Source: Macrostomum lignano (taxonomy: Eukaryota). Taken from it: 64,000 nt of DNA. Location of the stretch: positions 1-64,000 of the forward strand of contig NIVC01000271.1 of the NCBI GenBank assembly GCA_002269645.1. Direction: 5' to 3'. Below the pieces are notes generated by a model. That model was given only the letters and a program-made list of their open reading frames with translations. It was not told the origin of the DNA and did no database searches. The position numbers and the translations under genes were made by a program. This document shows, piece after piece, positions 27,449 through 37,394 of the stretch. Each line of letters opens with the position of its first letter. Within the stretch, counting starts at the first letter, position 1.

Positions 27449-29105
27449 GAGGAAATACTGACGGGGAAATACCAATGTGGAAATTCCGACCAGGAAATAC
27501 TCCCGATGGGGAAATCACAGCGGGAATGTCCCTATGAGGAGTCGATAACTAATAGCAGAGAAATCAGAAAATCACAATGAGGAAATTTTGACGCAAGAAA
27601 GCTCGGCAAGAAAATTTTTGCTTGAAGGAATCTCGCAGACCCGTGTCCTAGAAAATTATAAATGAGTAGTTATTCTGCTCCTATGGCTATACAACACCGG
27701 AAAGATGGATTTTCACGTCAGCGAGAGACAGAAGGACAGTAGCAATACTGACACACAAGCTGAACAAGGACCTGGGTTAGTAAGCGAGAGAGGCAGAGAG
27801 CAATAGCATGTGTAAGACCAGAAACTCCTACGAATCTTTCTGCTGTCCGCTTCTCTCTCACTCTACGCTGGTCTTGAGATGCAGCCCTGTCTTGGGCTAT
27901 TTTGCTCAGCTACACGCGCCAGCAAAGGTTTTGAGTTCATTCATTCACCCCCCCCCCTCTCTTGGGAATGTGAGCGCGTTTCGCTTGATCGCTACGCGCG
28001 CGATGACGTGACTGTTTCGGCGAAACTGACTGCAAAGTAAAGAGGTCGAGGATAAGCTAGCGTCAGGCCTACGAAGCAAGATGATAGAAAGCTGGCGTGA
28101 CAGGTATTTTTTAACCTGAATAGTACGGTGAATTCTAGTTACTGGGGCTGGGGATCCAAGGGCTTTGGTTGCTATAATTGGAATGCGATAAAATAGGAGA
28201 GTTCCCTAAAAAGTATTTGAGCTTATGGTCTACACTGGGACATTTATTCTCCTTTATATACGTGTGCCTCTTTCATTGTTAAACAAGTTCTTAGTTTCAG
28301 CTTTGGAGTTCCTATAGCTAATAGAATTTATAAGCTTTAGGATTAGCTGGTGGGTGGTTGGGAGTACGCAGTGTTAACTGTCCAAGCCCATGAATAAATG
28401 TATTAGCCTGCCTATTGAAATGTCAACAGTGGAACAAGGAATAATGGTTTTTCTGGATGCAAGCAGTGCTATTTTAGTATACTCTATTGTGTGACTGCTT
28501 CATTCGGCTCAGCTTAGCGACCCATGCAATTGGATCTTCTAGATCACAGGCGCTCTCATTGTTGTCGTAAAGTTCATTTTACTCTCGGACTTAATGAGCT
28601 TCAGTTTTGCAGCATTTACTAAGTTGAACTAGCTAATAATTATTGGGCTAAACAAGTACTAGCATTTTAATTTCTTGATAAAATAGTGACCGTAACGTAG
28701 GTTTACTGATTCTATCTCTCACTTGCTTAGTTTAGATCAATGTTAGTATATATGAACTAGCGCACTCAACCCCCAATGGGGTGTGATTTTGTAAAATCTA
28801 TGGAAAACATACAGACAGCTTCTTGAGATTACGCACCACCATAGGAGTTTTATGAAGACCATGGCATAGAGTTTCAGAAGTTCGAAGCAGTTTCAGGGTC
28901 TTGAAATGATGATGTGAGAACTCAGTTGCCTATTCGAGATGGTAACTGTCAATGAGCTTACTAAAGTTCTAACTTTAAATTCTCGCTTCGTTTCAGACAC
29001 GACATCCTCTACTAGCTGTCCGCTACTACGAGCGTACCCAGACAAGCAGAACATTGCCGTCGCAGCCGACTTGCTGAAACTGACAACAGAGCAGCTAGGA
29101 GGATC

Positions 29106-31400
29106 ATGTCTACAACGGAGCGGTACCTGCTGACACATCTGCTGCCGTGGCTGCTGCTGCTGCTGTCACTGCAAGCGTCAGCGATAGCGCAGTCTGTAAT
29201 ATCAGCCAGACAGGAGCAGTCTCATTGCTCCGGCGCGGTCGGCGCCCCGAATTCGGGCAGCGTGTGCTCGAAGCTCATGTCGGGCGTGCGCACCCGAGCA
29301 ATTTGCGCCTCCAGCGAACTTAGCGACGTACCAACCGACATTCGAGGCAACGAACTGTTCGAGCTAAGACTGGAGAAGAACTGCATTAAGAATCTGCACG
29401 AAAACTCTTTTATTAACTATCCGCATTTGGAGCTCCTCAATCTGGAGCAAAACATTATTGAAGACATCGCGGAAGGCGCTTTCAAGCCGCTGCAGAAACT
29501 GCAACAATTAAAAATATCAAAGAACTATTTGCGCATTACAAACAATTTATTTCTTAAACCGCTAACTAACCTGCGCGAACTGCGCATGGGCAACCTTCAA
29601 ATTGTACTAGACGATGGTTTTTTCAAAGCGCAGAAAGAAACTTTGGAAATTCTCGACTTGCAAGGAACAACAGATCTGGTCATTAAAGAGGGCGCCTTCA
29701 GCGGCCTTAACCGATTAAAAGAACTGGACCTGCGAAGTTGCAATCTAAAAACGCTGCCAAACACAGGTTTAATGCAAAAAGATCTCAGCGCAATGCCACT
29801 CAGGAATCTAAGCATGGGCGGCAATAAATGGGAGTGCGACTGTCATCTGCGCTGGCTCATGGAGTGGTACAGAACCAAGGTCAGCGAGAAGGAGATATTT
29901 TCCGGCATAGTAACTTGCGCCGGCCCGTCGCCAGATCCGGAGATTCGCTACCCGGGCATGGTCGGCGTGCGCCTATTCAATAGGCAAACTCGAGCCACGC
30001 AGTTCCAGTGCAAGCCGCAGGTGTTTGCGGCGGGAACTAAAACAGAGCACCAGGTGCCGCAGGGGAGCAATGTTACCATGAGCTGCCAGTTCTTCAGCGA
30101 TCCCAAAGGCGACACTGTATGGCTGTTTGGAGAGAACACCCCTTCGACTCGGATAACCTACCAGAAGGGCTACCATCCGTGGCAGTCAAAGGAGAGCGTC
30201 CACTTTGAAGCTACTCTAACAATCACCAGCGTACAGGTAAAAGACCAGGGTGTCTACATGTGCGCGGTGAACAACGAGCGCGGCTCAGCGAGTCTCAAGC
30301 ACCGCCTGATTGTTGATACTACTAAGTCCGCTATGCTCAATAAGCGCCTAGTTACCGTAGTCAGCATCGGTGCCGTGATTGTGATCACCTGCGCTCTAAT
30401 GATTGGCGGCGTGTTCTTCTACCACTACACCAGGAACAGCCCGCGGTCGAACGGTAGTAGCAGTGCGGTCGCTGTCGGAGTGGCCGGCGGTGGAAGGAAA
30501 GCGCCGCCGTCCTACGCGCAGCAGGCGAGCTACAGCCAGCTGCAGAGTCGCACAGGCGGAGGCGGTGATCGCGGCGTCGGCAGCGGCGTCGTCGGGGTTG
30601 CAGTCGCTGGTGAGAATGGCTATACAAGCGGAGCGACTACTATTGACGGCAAGAAGAGAGTTCAATACCAACAGCAGCAACAGCAGCATCCTCTGATTAT
30701 AGACTCGCAGCAGCAGCAACACCAGGCGGAGCTCTCATTCGAGCCACCTGGCTACGTGACCATCCGATCGCCGGTGAACCGTCCAGCCTGTGGTGGCACT
30801 CTGCCGCATCAGCACCAGCACGGGCCGTGCGGAGAGTGTCCGGTGCACGGTTCGAGACAGTTCGTTGGAGCACCGTGTCCCGTGCACGGACAGGAGGCTT
30901 CCCGGTCGGGCACACCGCAGCAGCAGCACCAGCAGCAGCAGCATCAGCACGGCACGCTGCCAGGGGCCAAGCCGTGCCCCTTGCATGGTGATCTGTACGC
31001 TACTATCACTAAAACGTCAACCTCCGCAGCAACATCCGGAAATCCTCCGCTACCGCCACCGCCTGTCGATCCGGCATTGCTTCGTCAGCGCATGCAGCAT
31101 CAGCAGCAACTGCCGGCATCGTCTGCTTCAATCTGCAGCCCGTCAGGCGGGACCTACGTGCGCGCATCCAACGTTGACGATTGCATACCAGAAGGAGCAG
31201 TTGTCAGCAGCTCCGCCGCCACTGCCGCTGTTTCGCTGGCCTCGGTGGATCTACCGCCGCCTCCGCCGCCGCATCCTCAGCCCCTGCAGCCGGTCGTCAT
31301 CGCCCAGCAGGCCGCGGCTGTCGCCATGGCGCAACGCATCGGCGGAGGTCAGCACAAGCCAAATGCGCAGGACGATGAAGGCTACAGCACGGCTGTTTGA
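29106..31400 (+). CDS. Kekkon-like LRR-Ig (LIG family) single-pass membrane protein, 764 aa, intronless CDS
   Basis: Signal peptide, Cys-rich N-cap, about 7 LRRs, LRRCT (NKWECDCHLRWL), one Ig domain (NVTMSC...W...DQGVYMC), TM LVTVVSIGAVIVITCALMIGGVFFY, low-complexity tail ending DDEGYSTAV (class I PDZ-binding motif). Confidence 0.9.
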   Translation: MSTTERYLLTHLLPWLLLLLSLQASAIAQSVISARQEQSHCSGAVGAPNSGSVCSKLMSGVRTRAICASSELSDVPTDIRGNELFELRLEKNCIKNLHENSFINYPHLELLNLEQNIIEDIAEGAFKPLQKLQQLKISKNYLRITNNLFLKPLTNLRELRMGNLQIVLDDGFFKAQKETLEILDLQGTTDLVIKEGAFSGLNRLKELDLRSCNLKTLPNTGLMQKDLSAMPLRNLSMGGNKWECDCHLRWLMEWYRTKVSEKEIFSGIVTCAGPSPDPEIRYPGMVGVRLFNRQTRATQFQCKPQVFAAGTKTEHQVPQGSNVTMSCQFFSDPKGDTVWLFGENTPSTRITYQKGYHPWQSKESVHFEATLTITSVQVKDQGVYMCAVNNERGSASLKHRLIVDTTKSAMLNKRLVTVVSIGAVIVITCALMIGGVFFYHYTRNSPRSNGSSSAVAVGVAGGGRKAPPSYAQQASYSQLQSRTGGGGDRGVGSGVVGVAVAGENGYTSGATTIDGKKRVQYQQQQQQHPLIIDSQQQQHQAELSFEPPGYVTIRSPVNRPACGGTLPHQHQHGPCGECPVHGSRQFVGAPCPVHGQEASRSGTPQQQHQQQQHQHGTLPGAKPCPLHGDLYATITKTSTSAATSGNPPLPPPPVDPALLRQRMQHQQQLPASSASICSPSGGTYVRASNVDDCIPEGAVVSSSAATAAVSLASVDLPPPPPPHPQPLQPVVIAQQAAAVAMAQRIGGGQHKPNAQDDEGYSTAV

Positions 31401-34400
31401 GCAGCTGACTCACGAGCTTTACAGCCAATCCCCGTGTAGGTAAGCCGACATGTACAAAAATCATTAGCAGCCACCATAGATTTGAAGCCAGCATTAGAAA
31501 CTGTTGTTTAGTCAAATAATCTGTTGCGTTTTCTGTAAGAATCTTCTCCTCTGTTTTAAAATTTTGCTGGCTAAATTTAGTTGTAAAATTACTGTGCTTA
31601 TGTGTTTTGGTCACAGTGAACTGCTCAGTTTATAGACAAAATCAAAGCTTTTCTCCATTTTCTGCAGTGGCGGCGCAGCACCTCCAGTGGTCACCCGGGC
31701 TCACCCCCCCCCCTCCTTCCGGTGATCACAATAACCAAGTTCAAAGATCAAACCTTGTCCCTCCACCACCCAGTTTACCACCCAGTCCACCTTTATGTTT
31801 ACCCAATGAAAAAATATAATTAGGGAATCAGCCCCCTATGGGTAGTACCGCTAGTCGCCCAGGGGCTACAGACCCCCACCCCCTCCTGTAAGTGCCGCCA
31901 CAGGCTTACTGACTAATTTTTATACACGAGTATCTGTACAAATTTGGAACTGAAAATATCAAATTTGCGCCACTGTATAAGTTATAAGTGTCGAAATCAA
32001 AGCTGTTTATCCTATAGCTACTATTGAAATATGCGATCAACCCACCTTCCGGTTTTTTTTACCTTTAAGCACTCAACTCATTGGCAGTTAATTAAGCGAG
32101 AATTTGAATTGCTTGCTTTGTGTTGTTATAATTTTTAGTCTCATTTTCTGATTCTGATACGAGCTAATTTGAAACTCAGAAACTGTACCATCAATTTATT
32201 TACAGAACTGTGTAAGTTATGCACCAATTAAATAGCATATTTCATTGCTTAAGATCTATTAACAACAAATATATAGCCCATTGGGTCAAAAGCAATCACA
32301 AACCGGGTTACAATATGTGGTTCGATTGTCAATCAGGATGGATATATAGCATGTTACCGTGTAGCTGAAACTGCCAATCAAGGATACAGTTCTACGGCTC
32401 ACGACAAGCTGCCGATAATGATATAGTCTATGGTTCAAGACTTGTTGCCGATAATGATATGCCTTTTTTGCATCGAAATTCATCAGATTAAGCTGCATAC
32501 CGCTTTGCATAATTTGCATTTGCATGCGATTGCTTGCATGGCTTTGGCGTTGGGCTGAGTTAGTCTGGTTAGAAAGGAAAGGAAGGAAGGAATAATCGTA
32601 CATACAATGTACACTCCCGTCCCTTTTAACTGGGGTTGTGGCGTGTGGGCTTCGACCGGAGAGGCGTCAATAGAGCTTCATTTGCTTCGCGCACAGACCA
32701 AGGAAAATTAGATCGATAAACGGGCGTCACGTGATTAGAATTTAGTATTAAATTTAGCTCTTTAACTGCACATTTGAATTGCAAGCCCAGTACAAAGTTT
32801 GGCGGGGGGAAGCTCCAAGCCTCCCCCTGACTAAAAGGTCAAGCGATACGGCTTCTGAAGTAGCTATGTACAGTGTTTTGGAAAGACTATTTATAGCTTT
32901 CTTTGCAACTCCGTTAATGGAGAAGAGGCTTAGGGTATCTTATTATTCTTAAGTGTGTACTATCTGATTGAGAGTACGAGGTTTATGTTCCACAAAACTG
33001 GCCTGACTTTCCATTTCCAAGCACTTAAGCTGATGCTAAGAGGATCATGCGCCGAAACAACCAGCTTAATGAGGTGGTATAACCCTGCTACGCTCTGGAT
33101 ACTTTAGCTTAGAGTCATTAGACAATTTTTTTAGATCGAGGCCTTCGAGAAGTTCGAGGCCTATTATAGAAGATTCGATTCCAGCTCATGGCTGCGGGTC
33201 AGATCAGATGAGAGAAAATGAAAGAGAATAGAGAGAGAAGAGATAAGACTAAGAGGAGATAAGAAATAAGAAAAACGAGAGCTAGAAGCGAGAGGAGAGG
33301 AGAGGGGGGAAACAGAACAGACAGGAGAGAAAATGGGAGTAGGGATTTACATTTTTCTTGAGCTTCTCAAAGTTCTTTTTCATCGGTACAAAACTAGGTT
33401 TATCAAGTAGTATGAAGACCCACGTCTAAAAAGAAGCCCGTTCACTGGTGGCAAAAAGACGTGTGCGTCTTCATACTACTTGTTGCCGATTATGATATAG
33501 TCTATGGCTCAACACCAGTTAGCAACCAGGGCATAGTCTATGGCATTGGATACAGTTCCTAACTAAAAAGCACTCATCTATACAGTCTATGGATTATCCA
33601 ATAAAACCAGCCATAACCATAAATCCATCTAGAGAAAGTCTAAAAGGATTGTTTTATCACTTTTCTATTAAAAATTTCCCTCTGCTAATGCGTGCTTGTA
33701 ATTTAGACCTCTAGGAGTTAATCGATTGTTTCTGCAAGAACATCCCGAATATACTTTTCTGTTTTGTAGAAGCTGTATATGTATACTAAACCATTAGCGA
33801 TTCGGCACATGTACGTAATATACTTAATAAAACGAATGTCTGTATTTGGATATCTATGTAAAGTCTTTGTATTGCTTATTTTTTGCCCAAAGCAACACAC
33901 AACACAACGCGCAAACCTCTTTTTCTACGCTTGCAGTTTATGTTTTTTGGCAATTACATGTAATTACAGAAGTTCCCATTCCTATGTCTTTGATTGCATC
34001 CATTATTAAAAAGCAGAGACTTTATAAATTAACAAACCGGAGCTTTAAAAGTTTTTTGTGGCACAGAAAAGCCTTATAATTGATAATTTCTTGGTATTCT
34101 CTTTTTTATTCATATTAATGGTGTCTAATTACAGTGCATTAGCTAGCTCGCATGATCTCAGTTTCTTGCACACGTGAGCCAACAAGAAAGCCATTCTTGT
34201 AGACGTAAACCCAGTGTAATAAATATCAAATATTTGAGCCCACCGTCGGTACCATTTTATTATGTCTGGCAGGCAATATACGACCTAATGCATGAGTTGT
34301 TTGTGTGCACTTCTCTGGCTAAATGGAAAATTTTCATTAGCAAAGGGATACGAGTAAGGCGTGTGAGAAATTTTGGTTGTCGCTTTGCTTATCTGGAATT

Positions 34401-34914
34401 ATTTAAAAATTGGTGACAAGCAATGCTGATCATTATTAAATAAGAATACGCGATTTATCCAAAATAGCCAGTAGCTTGAGGTCTAACTTTTTATCATTCA
34501 GGGTGCATATACTGTATATGCATATGTATGTATAAATGCATACAAATTTATTAAGGTATAAATACTTATCAATAGGGCAAAGTCCCTGAGATGTAAAGAT
34601 TTATGGGGGAACTGCTGATATGCTGTGGCTCTTGGGGGAATCGCGCGCTGAGGTGTCAAGGCTCGTGGAGGAATGGCTGAGATGTCAATGCTAATGAGAG
34701 GGGATTGCTGAAATGTTCTGGTTTCTGGTTCATTGGGGGAGGGGGGTTGCTGAGATGCCAAGGGAGTTTTTGCTAGGCCAAGCATCAAAGGGAGAGGTAG
34801 GTTTAAGCCATAGATTACAGCTGAGCTTTGGTGCCAGAGCTCATAGGGGATGCTGGTATCTTAGGCTAGGTTAGATATCGTAGATAGCTGGCTTTAAACA
34901 TCTTATTTCTTATT

Positions 34915-34943
34915 GCCCCCCTCAAGGGGGCTCAGATTGCTAG
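34915..34943 (+). mobile_element. Helitron-like 3' terminus
   Basis: GC hairpin GCCCCC-CTCAA-GGGGGC, 8-nt spacer, CTAG followed by T. Confidence 0.5.
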
Positions 34944-35710
34944 TCCTATATACTTTTAATAAAGCAATATAAAGTATAAAATGTGTTAATACTATAATAT
35001 ATTATACACATACGATTGTATACTCAAGCAAAAGTGTATTTCAATCTATAGCAACATTAACAGCTGATGTGTCTAATGATAATATTTTATCCAAATTTGT
35101 TTTAACAATTAAGTCGACTCTCTTATTAATGCAAGCACAATTATAGCTAAACGTAGCAATTTGTTTGCTAATCCCCTGATAGAAAAAAACATCAGTTAGA
35201 GAGAGAGAGTGTGCAGACCTCTCTCAACTAGCTTTGGGAAAGTTTTATATAGAGATAACTACAAGTATGGTTAACTCGAGCATTTTAGTTAACTCATTGG
35301 CCAAACTTTTTTCAAGCGTCTATGACTCAGTCGAATCGTTTGCTGATGAAATTTAACTCAATTAAATACTCCATTATGATAGTTATTTAAAATGTTTTTT
35401 GCAATGAGTACTTACTTGTTTGGCGCAGACCCAGATGTTAAAAATGAGTGGCAATGATTATAACAAAAAATCAAGGCCTCATAGCATTTTGATACTGAAA
35501 GCTCATAATTACCCATTTAAAATCCGCCACTGCATAAAAAATTAGTTCATACTACCAGCAATCTTTGTCCCCGTTGGGAAGGCAACAATTTGAAAGCATC
35601 CACTCTGAGCCTTGGCATCAAAGCTTCCCATTAATCTATTTGCTTAACCCTAACCCTATACAATGCTTGGGCTACCAAAAACTCTCAGTTAACCCTCGGC
35701 ATCTCGGCAA

Positions 35711-35987
35711 GGGGCCGTAGCCCAGTGGTCAAGCGCGGCGCTCTGATGTGCCAACAGCCCAGGCTCGATTCCAAGTGCAGTCACATTAATTTGGGGTTAA
35801 ATTGGAATCCGCTTGGCTCTGCTCGTGCAATTAACGCCCTTTAGGGCCTACCCGCCAAGGCACAGTGAAATGTACATGCCTAACTATAAATAAATAGTGG
35901 CTGTACAAAATCAAATGCTACATGCAATTTATTCAAAAATGTCTATTCCTTTTTGTTGCCTCCCCAACAGGGGGCTCAGATTGCTAG
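35711..35987 (+). mobile_element. tRNA-derived (SINE-like) head followed by a second Helitron-like 3' end
   Basis: A box TAGCCCAGTGG 35718-35728, B box GGCTCGATTCC 35762-35772, no acceptor stem; hairpin 35958-35975 and CTAG 35984-35987 share GGGGGCTCAGATTGCTAGTCC with the 34915 copy. Confidence 0.5.
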
Positions 35988-36519
35988 TCCACCATACTAA
36001 AAATACTAAAATAGATGCGGCTTGACACTTGACTTGCATTTGATTTTCGGAAAAAAATAAAGCCGCCGACTCTTGATTCCGAGCTGTATAACGTCTTTAT
36101 ACAGCTGGATAGGATGCAGCTTTGCGAAAGGAGCATCTATTCTTAGGGGATCGGACTGGGGAAGGAATCTGGACACAAAATTGAGACCAAGGCCGCTCCT
36201 AAGTCAAACGGATTATGCAGATCTGACGCCCGCTAAGTGCAAGGCCTAATCCCACCCACACCCCCATTTTCAAGCCCGAAAAACCTGGAGATTTTGGGGA
36301 TCTAAATAGTGCTTCATTTGGGACTTGGGGAAGGGGAAACGGAGCAGGGGTTGAATCGATTTTTTGTTCCGATTAGCATCTGGGTGCCTGGCTCTCAGCT
36401 GAGTTCCATTTGCTTCCCCGCCTCCCCCAGAAGCTGAAATTATGCATGCATTTGCTTGTGTGCCTCTCTTTACCGATTCTGTAGTGTACAGCCAGCCTGA
36501 CTTTGACCTCATCCTGCTC

Positions 36520-36962
36520 TCTCCCTTCATCTCCCCCTGCTGTCTCACTGTCTCACCTACTGTCTATTTTATCTCCCCCTGCTGTCTCTCACTGTCTCAC
36601 CTACTGTCTCACTTCATCTCCCCCTGCTGTCTCTCACTGTCTCACCTACTGTCTCCTTTATCTCCCCCTGCTGTCTCTCACTGTCTCACCTACTGTCTCC
36701 TTTATCTCCCCCTGCTGTCTCACCTACTGTCTCACCTACTGTCTCCTTTATCTCCCCCTGCTGTCTCTCACTGTCTCACCTACTGTCTCCTTTATCTCCC
36801 CCTGCTGTCTCACCTACTGTCTCACCTACTGTCTCCTTTATCTCCCCCTGCTGTCTCTCACTGTCTCACCTACTGTCTCCTTTATCTCCCCCTGCTGTCT
36901 CTCACTGTCTTACCTACTGTCTCACTTCATCTCCCCCTGCTGTCTCTCACTGTCTCACCTAC
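36520..36962. repeat. CTGTCTCACCTACTGTCTC / ATCTCCCCCTG minisatellite, left part
   Basis: Interrupted by the LTR element. Confidence 0.9.
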
Positions 36963-37130
36963 TGTTATGTTATAAGAAACGAGACCAAATGGCTTGCTAA
37001 GTTGTGTCGACAGCTCTTGAGTCAATCGATAAGTAAGCGAGCTCTTTTTTAGTTAATTTGCAAGTACGTACATTTAGAAAGTACAGTGCATCGCGTAGAT
37101 GTACATAGAGCGCTCAATGCTAACACAACA
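36963..37130 (-). repeat. 3' LTR (168 bp)
   Basis: Direct repeat of 41580-41747. Confidence 0.95.
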
Positions 37131-37141
37131 CCTCCCTACCA
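37131..37141 (-). promoter_or_regulatory. Polypurine tract (TGGTAGGGAGG)
   Basis: Purine-rich run abutting the 3' LTR on the minus strand. Confidence 0.8.
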
Positions 37142-37394
37142 TAGAATGGGAAATATAAAAATATTCGAAATATAAAAAAAACTTATTCGATCACGACATC
37201 TAACAAAAACGATTAAAACTAACGAAGCATCAATAATAATCGTCGAACTTGAAAAACAATATTAGGGGAATAAAAAAAACAAAAATCTAAATTCTTAAAT
37301 CAAAATACTTCATCTTAAGCTTTACGAGTTATTAAGCAAAAATCAATTAAACCTTTTAGTTAAATCAAAGACTGGCATTTACATTTATACTTAT

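Noticed and set aside
29597-31443. Overlapping alternative-frame and antisense ORFs across the LRR-Ig gene and the retrotransposon
   Set aside because: Shadows of GC-rich coding sequence with no independent motifs.
35711-35785. Functional tRNA gene
   Set aside because: A and B boxes are present but the acceptor and anticodon stems do not pair; treated as a SINE-like head.
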